A program made the translations under genes and the position numbers. Positions 51,486 to 64,000 of a stretch of DNA of 64,000 nt are shown here, piece by piece; the stretch's first letter is position 1, and each line of letters opens with the position of its first letter. The notes below the pieces were generated by a model, which saw only the letters and a program-made list of their open reading frames with translations, had not been told where the DNA came from and ran no database searches. Origin of the DNA: Owenia fusiformis (lineage: Eukaryota); assembly GCA_903813345.2 (NCBI GenBank), contig CAIIXF020000001.1, forward strand, positions 21,762,001 through 21,826,000, given 5' to 3'.

Positions 51486-53549
51486 GTATATACAGTATTA
51501 GAACATGTTCTGCCTAGTATCTGGCCAGTGTAGTTGCATTTTTTCTTGTGGAAAGGGTTGTGTTCCTATGAGCAAATATACAAGGAGTTGGTTTGATTAT
51601 TTACATCAAATGAAATCTTTTTGGGGTGTCTACTCACTTGTAAATGGAATGCGCTAAGTAAACATACTTCAGTTGTTATTATTATTGATGTTTGAATATA
51701 TCAAGGCTTGAATTTAAATTAGTGAAAAGACATACGAAATCTATTATCACCCTCCAAAAAAATTTTCATATAGTATTTTTTGTACTTTGGGCGTAAGGCA
51801 TGTTGGATAACATTAAAGTATTAAGATAGTAGATGACACAAATCTATTCAATAATACATAGCCAGCTTTCAGTCAGGGGGGGTGCGGTCACCAAATTTTT
51901 TCGGTTTTCAGTCAGGGGATGTGCGATTACCAAATTCTTCTTGATTTTCAGTCAGGGGGGTGTGATCATGGAATAAACGAGGCAAAAATTTGGAATCTTT
52001 AAGATTTTTTTGAATTTGACAAAAATTGATGCAACTTCCTTCAAAACTGAGCTAGGAGCTTTAAAATAAAAGTATTTTAAAGCTCTTTTCTTCTTCTATC
52101 TTGTGGTTTTTATTGGTTATGGGGGAGATGCGATTGCACCCAGTCTACTTGACAGTTGCCATTTGGAATGATGAGCTATAACTGTACTACTTTCTGTCTG
52201 TATATCTTATATTCATTTCATATACAAATTCCCATAAAAGGGCACCAGAGCAACATTTGAGATTATTGAGATTGGTAACAAAACTTTAAAATCATTTTTG
52301 ACAGTCAGAGGATAGTGTAGTTATCTGTTAGATGTTCAGGATACCACCCTAGATCCTGCTTAGTGCTTAGAACCTTCCAAATAATTTCTTAAATAGTTAT
52401 AAAAAATGGTAAAACCTTATCTGTGTTAATATACTATATTTAATGTGGCACCTGCCTTTTAGTTACAATATTGACAAAGATAAAGTAGTCTACATGTATG
52501 GATCCAATACCCAAAATATTTAATTCCTCAGAATTGGTATAAAAACCTCTAAAAACATTTCACACATTTTTCTTTGAAAAAAGTCCCATATCTCATTTTT
52601 TATCCATGTTATAGACTCTCTTTATTTAGAATTTTTTAGATCTAATAACAACCAGTGCCACTTTAAACATTGTAACAACTGTTATGTTATCTAATATGTA
52701 TGTTTGGATTTATATCAGCTGTTTGGTGTTTTTTCTATGTTTGTAATGAGGGATTAAGAAACTGGAAATATGTCTGTAAGGGTGGTTTACTGTTTGGGGT
52801 GAAGTAGGTAGTTAGTCTACTAAACATGGTGTATCTGTATATGTCTATGTGATCTATTTCAGTGGTACTATTATCTATGAACTACTTGGAATCTTGGATT
52901 CACATACACACTTATACCCTAGAAACATGAATCACATCAATGCTTCTTCATAGGTACATGGGTCTTGGAAATAGTAGTATAAGTTCATACTGGAGATAAC
53001 ATACTAAAATCTAGATAGCATTGGCTGGGACTATCACAACCCTAAGAGTGCTACAATATTTTAACCCTGACATGAACCATGCACATTGTTCCCCACGTTC
53101 ACATATTTATGTTTGGATGTGCCAAAGACCAAGATGACTTCCAGAGCTGCAAGACAAATGGAGGGGAGGTGAGAAACTTAAGATTATTGTTTTACAAAGT
53201 GATGGCATCACAACTGATCAAGTAACAGATTTTTTGTGTCATAACATCTGACTAAGGCTTCAGGACAGAACTGTGAAGGATTGATTTGGTAAATATTTAG
53301 CTGAGTGGGGTAGTCTGCCGAATGCAATCGATTAAAGGTATTTATATTGTTTCTCATATATGTATCAAATTGTTCAATTATCTCTACACATTGTTAGATT
53401 CCCGCGGGAAGGTACTTCTGGATTCACTTCATTCATTGAATCAGCCTATTACTTACTTACATGTTCGGAAAGCCTGCAGTGTTCACAGTATTACTGCCCT
53501 GATCAAGGTTTTATGCTATGCACATTGAGTAGGTAAGATAACTTATTAA

Positions 53550-53750
53550 AGTGGCAGCAAGGGATAGAGATTATATTTTAAATGTTTGAGGTAATCTTTC
53601 TAAAAAGCATGCCAAAAAACCTAGGTTTTTATTCGGAGAAATATTTGAGATATCTGTGATCAAAGTGGAGTAGTGTAAGCAAGATAAAAGTAAAACTATG
53701 ACAATTTTTTAGAAAGTTACTGTCAATTTGTATCTAGTCTATGGTGCCTC
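53550..53750. mobile_element. Kolobok-like MITE (related element ~52444-52662)
   Basis: TTAA|agtggcagca...tggtgcctct|TTAA. Confidence 0.45.
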
Positions 53751-54064
53751 TTTAAAACATTTAAAGTACAGTTAGATAATAAATGCAATTATACGGGGAA
53801 ATCAATATTTAGCATATGCTTTTGACAGAACTTGTGTGAAATATTTACCAGAATTACATCAGCTGATTTTATACTTTTTATGGAATATCAAACAAGAAAA
53901 TATATTTGGAAAAATAAAAACATACATACATATATGGGTTTATGGGGTTTTCAAATAAAGTACATTGACCATGCACTTCTATAGATTCATCTATATTATA
54001 CATATTGATATTTTGGCCAAGTTTACCAATTAGTTAAATCTCCAAGAAAAATCCTGATATATAC

Positions 54065-54696
54065 TAGTGGAGCAACGATTGACTCGTGGACTCGAATACT
54101 ACTCGCCAAACCCTGTAAATACGATTCATCGATTGGTAAATTCTGACTCGAATTGAAAAAAAAATGAAAAAATGATGAAGAAAATGTGATTTACCCACCT
54201 TTCAACCGCAATTTACGTAAAAAAAAACACATCCAATGTACAACATTTCTGTACAATGTTTAGCAATGATGCCTTCCTTAATATATAGCATTGTAGTTTG
54301 ATACCTTAACTGAAATAATAAATCAAATACGATAGGCTTTCTCGTGTTTGTTTTTATTTATTGATTACATCCGGTTGCGCATGTGCAATGCAATATTTAA
54401 CGAGGTCAAACCAATTAGCGTAAATTGCTAAATTATTTACTTTTCAATGCAAAACAAGAACATATAAAGTGTATTGAGTTATTCTATTTGAATAATTTGA
54501 TGGGTATGTTGGAGTTATTCAAGGTAGGTTGAGCCGAGAATACTTGAAAACATTGCTACCGGAAGTGAAAGTTTGTAACTTTCCGAAGAAAGTTTTTCTG
54601 AACTTTTTTTCCAAAATCATTCATTTTAATCGCGAATAAATCGAGTGTTCAAGAGCCTCTACTCGAGTAGGATAATTCACACGAGTCCCACCACTA
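54065..54696. mobile_element. hAT non-autonomous element
   Basis: tagtgg...ccacta ends, perfect 8-bp TSD ATATATAC (54057-54064, 54697-54704), subterminal actcg repeats. Confidence 0.8.
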
Positions 54697-55042
54697 ATAT
54701 ATACTGCACTGAGAATGTTTCATAATTTTCTTTATAGCACCCTTCTTTTGATCATCATTCAGATGTAATTCCCTTATCTTGTTTGGCTAGTCACTGGGGA
54801 GTATGAGGATGAATTACGAATAGCCTTCTTGTGAAATTAAAATTACTTTTTTCAGCTCTGCTAGGGATAATCTCTATTTTATTTGTTTGAAAAATTTCTT
54901 TGATTTCTCATCTGTAAGAATAATTAATAAGTGTAAGTAGATAAGTGCCTTAGTGTATTCAGGGAGGTTTCTTATTAATTTAATGGTATTACACAGAATC
55001 AATATACATTGAAACCTTTTATATGCGTGTGCTGATACCTTA

Positions 55043-55726
55043 TGGCCTAGTCACATAGCCCGGCCGATGAGGTTACGATGAGCCAGCGATGCAATTTTCA
55101 CCGAACTCGGCCGAACACCGGCCGGACACCGGCCGGACATCCGTGGCGTTTGTTGCTTAAAACCGCATCGGTGGTAGCTCGGTGAAATTTTAACTTCGGA
55201 GTTAAATTTCACCGGGCTGTCACCGAGCTCCCTCATCATGTCATCGCAGCCCCATCGTAACCACATCGGAAAACACGTCGGCCGGTGCACAGCCGAGTAT
55301 CGTCCGGTGTCCCGTGCATCTGAGACAACCAGAGGACGAGGTTTTTTAACGGACAGCGGCCGAGCTCCGACCGAGCTCCGGCCGATGTGGGACAGAGCAT
55401 CGGCCGGTCACTGTTCAAAGCCCGTTAACAACCCGGCCGGCGATCGCACGGTGTCCTGTTACCTGCTCGGGTACCGGCCGTATTCCTTCCGATGTCCGGC
55501 CGACCTCCGGCCGGTAGTTGCTGCCACATCGGCAGAAAAAAACTACCATTTTGAGACAGACTCCGTACGGTCACTGGCCGGTGTTCGGTCGGTCGCCTGA
55601 AGATGTCCGGACGGAGTCCGTTCACGTCACCGAGCTCTGCTTCCGATGAGGAGAGCTCGGTGGCACCATAAAAATCCACCGAGCTCTACCGATGCCGGAC
55701 ATCGGCCGGGCTATGTGACTAGGCCA
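55043..55726. mobile_element. GC-rich PIF/Harbinger-type non-autonomous element
   Basis: TIR tggcctagtcacatagcccggccgatg...catcggccgggctatgtgactaggcca, 3-bp TSD TTA, many cggccg/gagctc repeats. Confidence 0.88.
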
Positions 55727-58144
55727 TTATACCCTTTGCATTCATATGCTCGATTTGATTCTTAAAAGAGAGATTCGTCTTCACTTTGGGCAGTTTAAAT
55801 CTATATTCTGCACACAGGGTAGATACCCTACAAAGGTGTAAGCTTTATATTTTGCAGTTTTATTAATTCCATCTTCCATATGTGATTAGCATTACAATTT
55901 GCACATCTTTTATTTTGGCCATCTTTCAATATAAGCATATTTTAGAAACATGTGTTTATGTAAAAGAGGTAAGTATTTCATTCAGTTCCATTGCTTTATT
56001 ACTGAACCTAAGAAAATTGAGGGTGAAGGAAAAACAAAATAAGTTGGTTATTTTGAACAGGGAAAGGGTGTCTATAAGATGACTGATATGTATTGGATAT
56101 AACAAACCTTCAATAGGCCAAACCTCCATTAACATTTATACCATATGTAGTCTGTATCTGTTTAGGTGTGGTTACAAATCTTCACTATACTGTCTACTTT
56201 GTTCCTTGTTTAGAAAACAAGATATGAAATTGACATTTGAAGAATGAGTTGAGAGGCTCTGATAAGGAAGGGAGGGGGAGGTACATAATATATAGCTAAC
56301 ACAGGGGCTTTTTCTCAAAACTGCATTCAGATACTTATTGCACTCTCCTGTTTTTAAACAGTAAGAAAGGAACAGATAGAAGGTTGGATTAATTAAGATT
56401 AAGGTAGGGTACGGTACATACATGTTTTTTACATACAAACCTCAGTGACATGAAAGATTCAAAATACAGGCACGATGTACATGTACAAGGGCTGATCAAA
56501 AAGTTTCTTACCGTTGGCTTTAGATTTTATATTGAGAGGAGTTGGATGTTCAAACTTAAACATGAGACAGGACAGTTAGTTTCCGGTTAGTTTGCTTGAA
56601 CCTTTGTGAGTCTCATGTATTTTATCCTTGTAGATATAACATCTTGATTCATTACATATGTACATGTAGCCATTTTGGTGATAAATCATGTCTAAACCTC
56701 ATTGCGGCAAGAATGTTCTTTGGTCAAAATCCAATCAACAACAGGTATATCATTTCTGAAAGTGAATTTCTAACTTTTTTATTAATTATTTATTTTGTAC
56801 TCTTGATAGCCATTTGTAAATCAATTCCTGACAGAATCAAAATGATGAATCATTTATGATATTAGATGATATACATAATACAAGTAGAAGTCAGGGAATA
56901 TTTAATAATCCAATAAAGAGCATGTGCCAGCATAAAGCATTGATTGATATACTGACAATTAATAAGAGTTGTCTAGCCGCTATAACACTGTTATGTATGA
57001 CATTTTTCTAATTACTGGTTAGTATTACCTGCATGTAATTCTGGCCTGATTACACACTTGAACCTATCATTATAGCATAAGCAGGGGAATTTAAAGAGAA
57101 TTGTATTAATTTACTAGTTTCACACTTATTTGGATGTGGGATTTATATCATATAATCACAGCTGTAGACTATTCGTAAAGGTTGGTGAGTGTTTTATGTC
57201 ACCGCCAGAAGTGGTGACATATTGTTATAGTCTTCAACTTTTTGTAGATTGTATCTGGCGGTTGGTGTTTGGCAGTTGGTATTCAGTGGTTGATGTCTGT
57301 AACAAATGACAGGTTGTGGTATTTTGCATGTTAATGCCTAGTCATGACATAATTATATTCATATTCATGTTTTGAAGACATTTATATAGAAAACACAAAT
57401 GGCAAGATCATATAAACAGATATAAATATCTATGAAACAATGTGAACCCATAGAACCAATCAACAGTTCTTTGATATTATAAAGAACTAGTATTCAATAA
57501 TATAAATAACCTATAAAACATCCCTAATTGAATAATGTATAAAGCAAAAAGTGTTCTGTTTTCCCTAGTTGTCTGGCTAGGGCTCTTCCCTTTTAATGGG
57601 ATTGGACACTTTTTACCTCAGTGAACACCTCTCTTTAGTGAACACCTGTCTCTAGCGGACACCCTTCCTCAGCACATACTCTACTGACTTCAAAAAAATG
57701 TTAAGCATACATGATTTTACTCTATATTATAAACTAAGGCAAAGCTCTTTTCTAAGAAGCAAAGTTGAATGAATCCAAAGGATAGATATATTTTAGAGTT
57801 TACAGCTTGATCCTCACTGCCAGAACTTTGTACATTGCCAATAAATCATTCAAACCTACCACAATGACATTTTCTCTGATTTCGAGTTCAGGGGTTTATC
57901 AGAAATTTGAAGAGTGTAGAGTCAAATAGGTCACTTTTGCAGAGGGTTATGTTCTTTCAAATACAGAACTCCAAATTGAGTTGTTGCCTCATGTATTTCT
58001 ATTGGGTTATGTTGTTCTCATTTAGGTTAAAGCATCATTCTTGTTTACCAGACCCCTCTTATCTGTCATTTGCGATAGATCGAGACAAAGGGGCACGTAT
58101 AGCACAATGTTAAGGCACTAATTTGGCTTATGGGCCATGTAAAC

Positions 58145-58320
58145 CAGCACAGAATATGCAAATTAGATAGATACATATATGTATACATACATATATCTAT
58201 GTATGCCAGCACAGAATATGCAAATTAGATAGATACATACATTATTATATGTATTCATATATATGTATGATATATATACAAGCATGGAATATGTTAATTA
58301 GATAGACTAGATACATATAT
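58145..58320. repeat. Tandem repeat, ~3 copies of ccagcacagaatatgcaaattagatagatacat...
   Basis: Direct repeats near 58144, 58206 and 58280. Confidence 0.7.
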
Positions 58321-58449
58321 AGAACTACAGTAGATAGATAACAATTAATTTATTAGTTGGCAGAGAATATGTTAATTAAATAACAATAATTCATGATATT
58401 TATATATGCTTTAATTTATGAGATATGTGTGTATTGTATACATGTTATA

Positions 58450-59010
58450 CGTATATGTATGTATTTGTATATATCTTCTAAGCTGGTCCCCAGTCCCCAG
58501 TTCCCAGTTTGAGATATCTATATTGTTATATATAATATGTATGTATTTGTATGTATCTTTTAAGAAGGTCCCCAGTCCCCAGCTCCCAGTTTGAGATATC
58601 TATATGCTATATATAATATGTATGTATGTATTTGTATGTATCTTCTAAGCTGGTCCCCAGTCCCCAGTTCCCAGTTTGAGATATTGCTATAGTATAATAT
58701 GTATGTTTTTGTATGTATCTTTTAAGAAGGTCCCCAGTCCCCACTTCCCAGTTTGAGATATCTATATTGTTTTATATAATATGTATGTATTTGTATGTAT
58801 CTTGTAAGCTGGTCCCCAGTCCCCAGTTCCCAGTTTGAGATATCTATATGCTATATATAATATGTATGTATTTGTATGTATCTTTTAAGAAGGTCCCCAG
58901 TCCCCAGTTCCCAGTTTGAGATATCTATGTTTGTGTATATATGTATTTGTATCAACTATGTATCTTCTAAGCTGGTCCCCAGTCCCCAGTTCCCATTTCG
59001 AGATCTCTAT
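58450..59010. repeat. Minisatellite, ~7 x ~82 bp
   Basis: ggtccccagtccccagttcccagtttgagatatctatat...gtatgtatctt(c/t)taag repeated, alternating gctgg/gaagg variants. Confidence 0.92.
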
Positions 59011-60862
59011 GTTAAAGTATGTAAACTATTTTAAAGTAAATTTTAATCATTCAAGATTCATATTGATCCATTCTCTTTTATGAGTTGATAGCAATATACA
59101 CTGAGGATGAATTCTATATAAAACCTCATTTAGATGTGATTTCTTCAAAATTTAAGACAGAGAATAGATTATGGCATCAACCAAAATTTTAGACCTTTTT
59201 CTACAACATGTGATATGATAATATGAGTCTATTCATGCAAGTATTAAGGAAAATATAGCCTGTTGCAGGGGTTCACTTTTTTGGACCACCCTGTATATTA
59301 ACTTCTCTTATTGCATGTTTAATGGTATAGACTGGACTGGTGTAGGTGGAAGAGTCATCTAATAGTCATTAAGTCATCATCTTTACATAACACTTTAAAA
59401 TCCAAGAACAGCCAGATTTTATTTAGGCAGAACTTCAATGTCTATCTGATATATAACAAAATATGTGAAAATTAGAAAGATTGACCTTTTTGTTATCCTA
59501 GTCACAAGTTTAACCTTTCCATATAGACTGAAGAGTTGACATCCTGAATATTTAGGAGAACCTGTAAAGGATTGGTATTGATATGGTGAACTTTTTGAAC
59601 ACACTTTTCTCTTAAATCAGTCATCAAAAATTTCTAAAAATTACATATCGTCAATTTAATGGTCATCTTTTGAATGGTAACAATATAATTTGAAAAAATG
59701 TATATACTTTTCTCTATATTGTTTTAGAAAACACATCAAACACTTCTTTTGCTTCTGGTATCATATGCTCAGAATGAAATGAAACATCTTTCCGAACCTG
59801 TTTTGAACAAAATGACATATACACAACATGTGTAAGTCTCTCAATATTGTAATTGTACAAAGGAAATTTTGGTTGATTTTAAAAAAGTATCTTGTTGATG
59901 AAATAAAAGGTTTATCTTGATTTTTATCTATTTTTGTTTTTTTTTTACTTTTTTCTAATTTTGCTTCAATATATTGAAAAGGTAGAGAACTCATAATACA
60001 TTGCAATACATTAGACTGAAAGCTTCTGAAATTGACTCTCTATTTAAATTCAGTATCAAGATAAGACATAAAATGATCCATCTTAAGTAGACACATATGT
60101 TTGGATAACTAACAGCTTATCAGCTTTATAGTGCTTCATATAACTGTATAATTCTTTTCCAATCTGGAGACAGATTATTTAAGTTATGTAAGTTATGGGT
60201 TTGTCTCATTACTGTAGTCTTGACTGGATTAACTGTTTTCCTCTAGAAGATAGGTTTCAGGCTGATTCAATGTATAATTCAAAGACAATTTTAAAGAGTT
60301 CTTTAAAGTTACAGTTCTGTTAAGTCTTGAATAAAATTTCTATAATGAAATATGAAGTTTAAAATATCTACATTGGAATCACTTATATTTTTAGACATAC
60401 TATGACCATTGCCGCTTACCAATTTTGACCTATATACCTATCATAGGCGTATCCAGGAGGGGGGGGGGCGATGACCAATAAAAATAAGAGCTTTAAAATG
60501 TATTTTGTTTGAAGCTTCTAGCTAATAGCAAGAATTTGGCAATCGTGCCCCCCCCCTGGTCTGCTGGTTGCGCTAATGTCTTTTATTTCCACATATAGGG
60601 TAACTCAGTGAACTTAAATATACAAGTTTAATGTTAAACGTTGCTCTAAAGTTTGTGTAACTGATATCTACCTGGTGTGCTCATGTGGCCAGTATTAGAT
60701 CAGATAGAGAAAAAATATAACACCTTCATTATGAACTAGCAGCTCAAACCCAAACAGAAGAATAAAAATCTGTACAAATTGATTGATGCTATATGTCAAA
60801 AATAGGTTTTAAAATGCTCATAAATATTAGATAACTTAAACATGCAATATACTGGAGTAATA

Positions 60863-61952
60863 CAGGGCGTTCAGTAAGTAAAGCTAATTTTGCTCTCAAA
60901 CTTTTATTTCTTGTCTATCATCGTTCAAATTTTCAGTGGAGAAGCATCAGACACTTTTCTAACTATCCTGAAAAAATGATCAAGATATAATGAATAACAG
61001 CAAAATGGTGGTTGTCATAGTAACGCGAATACGGGTTCTGCGAAGCAATTTTATAAGTTCACAGCATAGTAGATTTTGTTAACGTTAGTTTCTGTCCTGT
61101 CTATATTTCGACCATAGCTCTGTGGCTACTCCACATTTCTACTTTCAAGTTAGCATTCTATTTCATGTTCAAAGTAGTTCCCCTTAGCTTTCACACACAG
61201 CTGATGTCGTTCTATCCACTTCTGATATATCCTGTGGAAGCCATCTGGAAAGTTCTTTGTCAGCGAACGTTGAACGGCATTCTGAAGCTCATGGATATTT
61301 GCGTGGATCTTACCACGCAGATCATTTTTCAAACATGAAAATACCCCAAAATCTCCCCTTTTGGAATTTCTGATACCATTTGTAGACTGTGTACTTAGGC
61401 ACACTGTCCCCATATGCTTTTTGGATATCCCTAATGGTATCCTGCTTGGATTTCCCTAGCAACACATTGTATCTGATGCTACTTCTCAATTGTTGTTTCA
61501 TTTCATTGCTAATTTTGCTTCCATTGGCAATCCTGGCAGCCATGATTTTGATGATATCATGGAGCAGTGTCTGATGGATCATTCTGGATCATTCCATCTG
61601 TTGTATCATCTGTCTGTGATGTCATAGACTACTGTTGCCATGGTATCATATTTGTGTATGTTGTTGTTATGTTTGTCGTGACTTTCAGCCATAGCAAACA
61701 AAGACATATGCAGCATTAATCTTAATCAATTTCATTGCATTATAACATTTTTATTAAAGTAAGAAATTGCTCCGCGGAACCCGTATTCACGTTACTATGA
61801 CAACCATTGTTTTGCTATTATTCACCATATCTTATTTAATTTTTCAGGGTAGTTAGAAAAATGTCAAATGCTTCTTCACTGAAAATTTGAAAGGAAAATG
61901 ACAAAAAATAAAAGTTTGAGAGCAAAATTAGCTTTACTTACTGAACGCCCTG
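60863..61952 (-). mobile_element. Internally deleted mariner element with long TIRs
   Basis: TA|cagggcgttcagtaagtaaagctaattttgctctcaaactttta TIR (inverted match ~190 bp). The minus strand encodes a mariner N-terminal HTH (RSSIRYNVLLGKS...KAYGDSVP..TVYKWYQKFQKG) joined out of frame to the C-terminus (DFGVFSCLKNDLRG...WIERHQLCVKAKGNYFE). Confidence 0.9.
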
Positions 61953-62559
61953 TACTACTCAGATAACATTTCGGTTATTTTACCTTGATATTTGAAGACA
62001 ATTGTTAAATACATAAATATTAGATTTACAATTGTACTTTTTTGTTACAATGTTATTCACCTTTCCACAAAGTCAGCCCATGAATATTATAATGAGCTGC
62101 TTAGAAATCTGTGACGTCAATGAGAGAAACTTTTTCCCGCGATAAACAAATGCAATTGAGTTTACATGTACATCCTCGGTTGATTGCTGTAAGTTTTACC
62201 TCTTCAAATGTGCAAGTTATCAGTAAATTATTGACGGATTTTTATTGAACATCAAATTGGCATTTATTTACGCCTTCTAAGCGATTGAAATATTAAATTT
62301 CTGTTCATAATGAGTAAATAATTTGAAGAGAATTACTCCGGTCAGTTTTCAATCATGATTGGAACTGGATGTGAACAGGTGAAATTATCATGATCATTAG
62401 TTCACTAACATTATAACATGTATCTCATGCATATAAATAAATAGATAGACAATCTATTTTAAGTTAATCAACTAAACGATTACTTCCTATTTATTTCTGC
62501 AAGTCATATCAGATCATATCTTGAAAATATTATACTTGAAAACATCAGGATATATAGAG

Positions 62560-63455
62560 ATTATCCTATATGAGGTTCAGGATATTACGGCCCTCGGGCA
62601 GATATATTATATTGGCCAAGGGATAATCCAAATATCCTGAACCGACTATAGGATGATTTGTTTATCCCATACCAATCACATTGTTCAATTGGCCAAAGTT
62701 CAGAAACTTTGCAACCAACTGTAGAATTATTTTAAAATGTCCAGTTTTGTATGCTTGTTTCTTTTCCTGTTCAAATCTTTATTATTAATGGGGTATACTG
62801 CTCCTTCCCTTCTTTAACGCATCAAACAGATCGCGATTGTCTGTGTTTTTCTCAATTGTGGTTTACAGTATGCGAACGTTACAAAAAAGAACCAATACGG
62901 GAACAGCGATTATGATGTAGCGGGCAGATATACTATATCTGACCGCTCGGAGCGGGCTATATCTGCCCGCTGATGAAAATATAAGTTTTTACAAACCGGC
63001 TTTATGTACCCGTAACACGTCCAAGTATGGGATAAAGAATTGATATCTTGGAGGAGCGTGACATATATAGAGATTATCCTATATGATGTTCAGTACATTT
63101 ATATTGGGATTGTCCCGAGGTAAATATAATATATCTGTCCGAGGGCCGCAGCTAGGTCCAGAGGGAAAATATATTATATTGGCCAAGGATAATCCCAATA
63201 TCCTGAACCAACTATAGGATAATATGTTTATCCCATACCAATCTTGGTCATCTGGTTCACATTGTTCAATCGTGGAAATATTTTAGAATATTCATGTCCA
63301 GTTTTGTTTTCTTGGCCTTGGGCGGATTTTCCTGTTCTCTCAAATATTCCCACATCTATTTTCTCGAATTTTTGATTGATTAAGTGGATGCTCCTTCCCT
63401 TTTTTAAACCTTCAAACAGATCCCGTAATATATACCTGTAACACATCCAAGTAAA
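62560..63455. mobile_element. Two tandem copies of a twin-hairpin element
   Basis: Palindrome 62560-62657 plus palindrome 62661-63036 (tttatcccatac...gtatgggataaa); second copy 63071-63223 plus a truncated 63227-63455. Confidence 0.6.
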
Positions 63456-64000
63456 CATGTATATATATTCCAATGTATATTTCCCGCTGCGTATCTCCCG
63501 ATCCAAATATTCCCGGGAAAATGTTTTTTATTCAGTGTAGAAACAGTCAATTTGTAAAAGTATCTTGCTAAAGCAAAACTGTCAAAATAGATCCAGCAGA
63601 CCGTAGAATTTTTCTTAACCAAAATGATGATGGATTTCTTGAAAATAATGAGAATGAGAACGCTTAATAAAAAAAACCTGGATATGCAGGGTGTCCTGAA
63701 AACTTCACTTGTAAAACCTCACTTTTCAAAGGATTTAGTTATGTGATGATCAGTTTTGAATAATGATCACTGGGAAGATTTCAGAGAAAGAGCGTATATC
63801 ATACAATGTTTATTGATGATATGTTGACATTGCTGATCATTATTGACATCGCTGATGGAGAATAAGTACCAAAATGTAACGCTTTGTGCGAATGTTACTC
63901 ATGGTGAATTTCTGATGGAATTTCTTACTATGACATAGTAACAGGATATTGCATGACCACTATCAAATAATTTAATCAAGTCGTTTTTAACTTCTCAATT

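Noticed and set aside
55051-55679. Several overlapping Arg/Pro-rich ORFs
   Set aside because: Stop-poor frames caused by high GC inside a non-autonomous Harbinger-type element; no transposase motifs.

Overview
AT-rich, intron-containing animal genomic DNA; the repeat types suggest a marine invertebrate, probably a lophotrochozoan (inference). Four spliced protein-coding genes were reconstructed by hand from GT-AG boundaries and reading-frame phase. (1) The 3' part of a CCDC60 homologue (+, 25-5075), with two candidate frame-preserving cassette mini-exons. (2, 3) Two tandem, complete SLC17/sialin-like MFS anion transporter paralogues (-, 9441-17108 and 19529-28752). (4) A MAJIN (meiotic telomere/inner-nuclear-membrane linker) homologue (-, 32517-33762). 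From about 36 kb to the end there is no recognisable coding gene. That stretch and the introns are dense in non-autonomous DNA transposons (mariner/Tc1, pogo-like, hAT, Harbinger, piggyBac, Kolobok, Helentron-like) and minisatellites. Most notable: five unrelated CAC...GTG-ended elements with 5-bp target duplications (Transib/RAG-like signature), several sharing an outer-motif/tandem-inner-motif long-TIR design; a ~40-copy minisatellite built from an SLC17 exon end plus its 5' splice site; a precise intron difference and unusual pocket residues in the SLC17 pair; an overlapping uORF or 1-nt frameshift in paralogue B; and a recurrent twin-hairpin element. Family assignments come from recalled motifs, not database searches.
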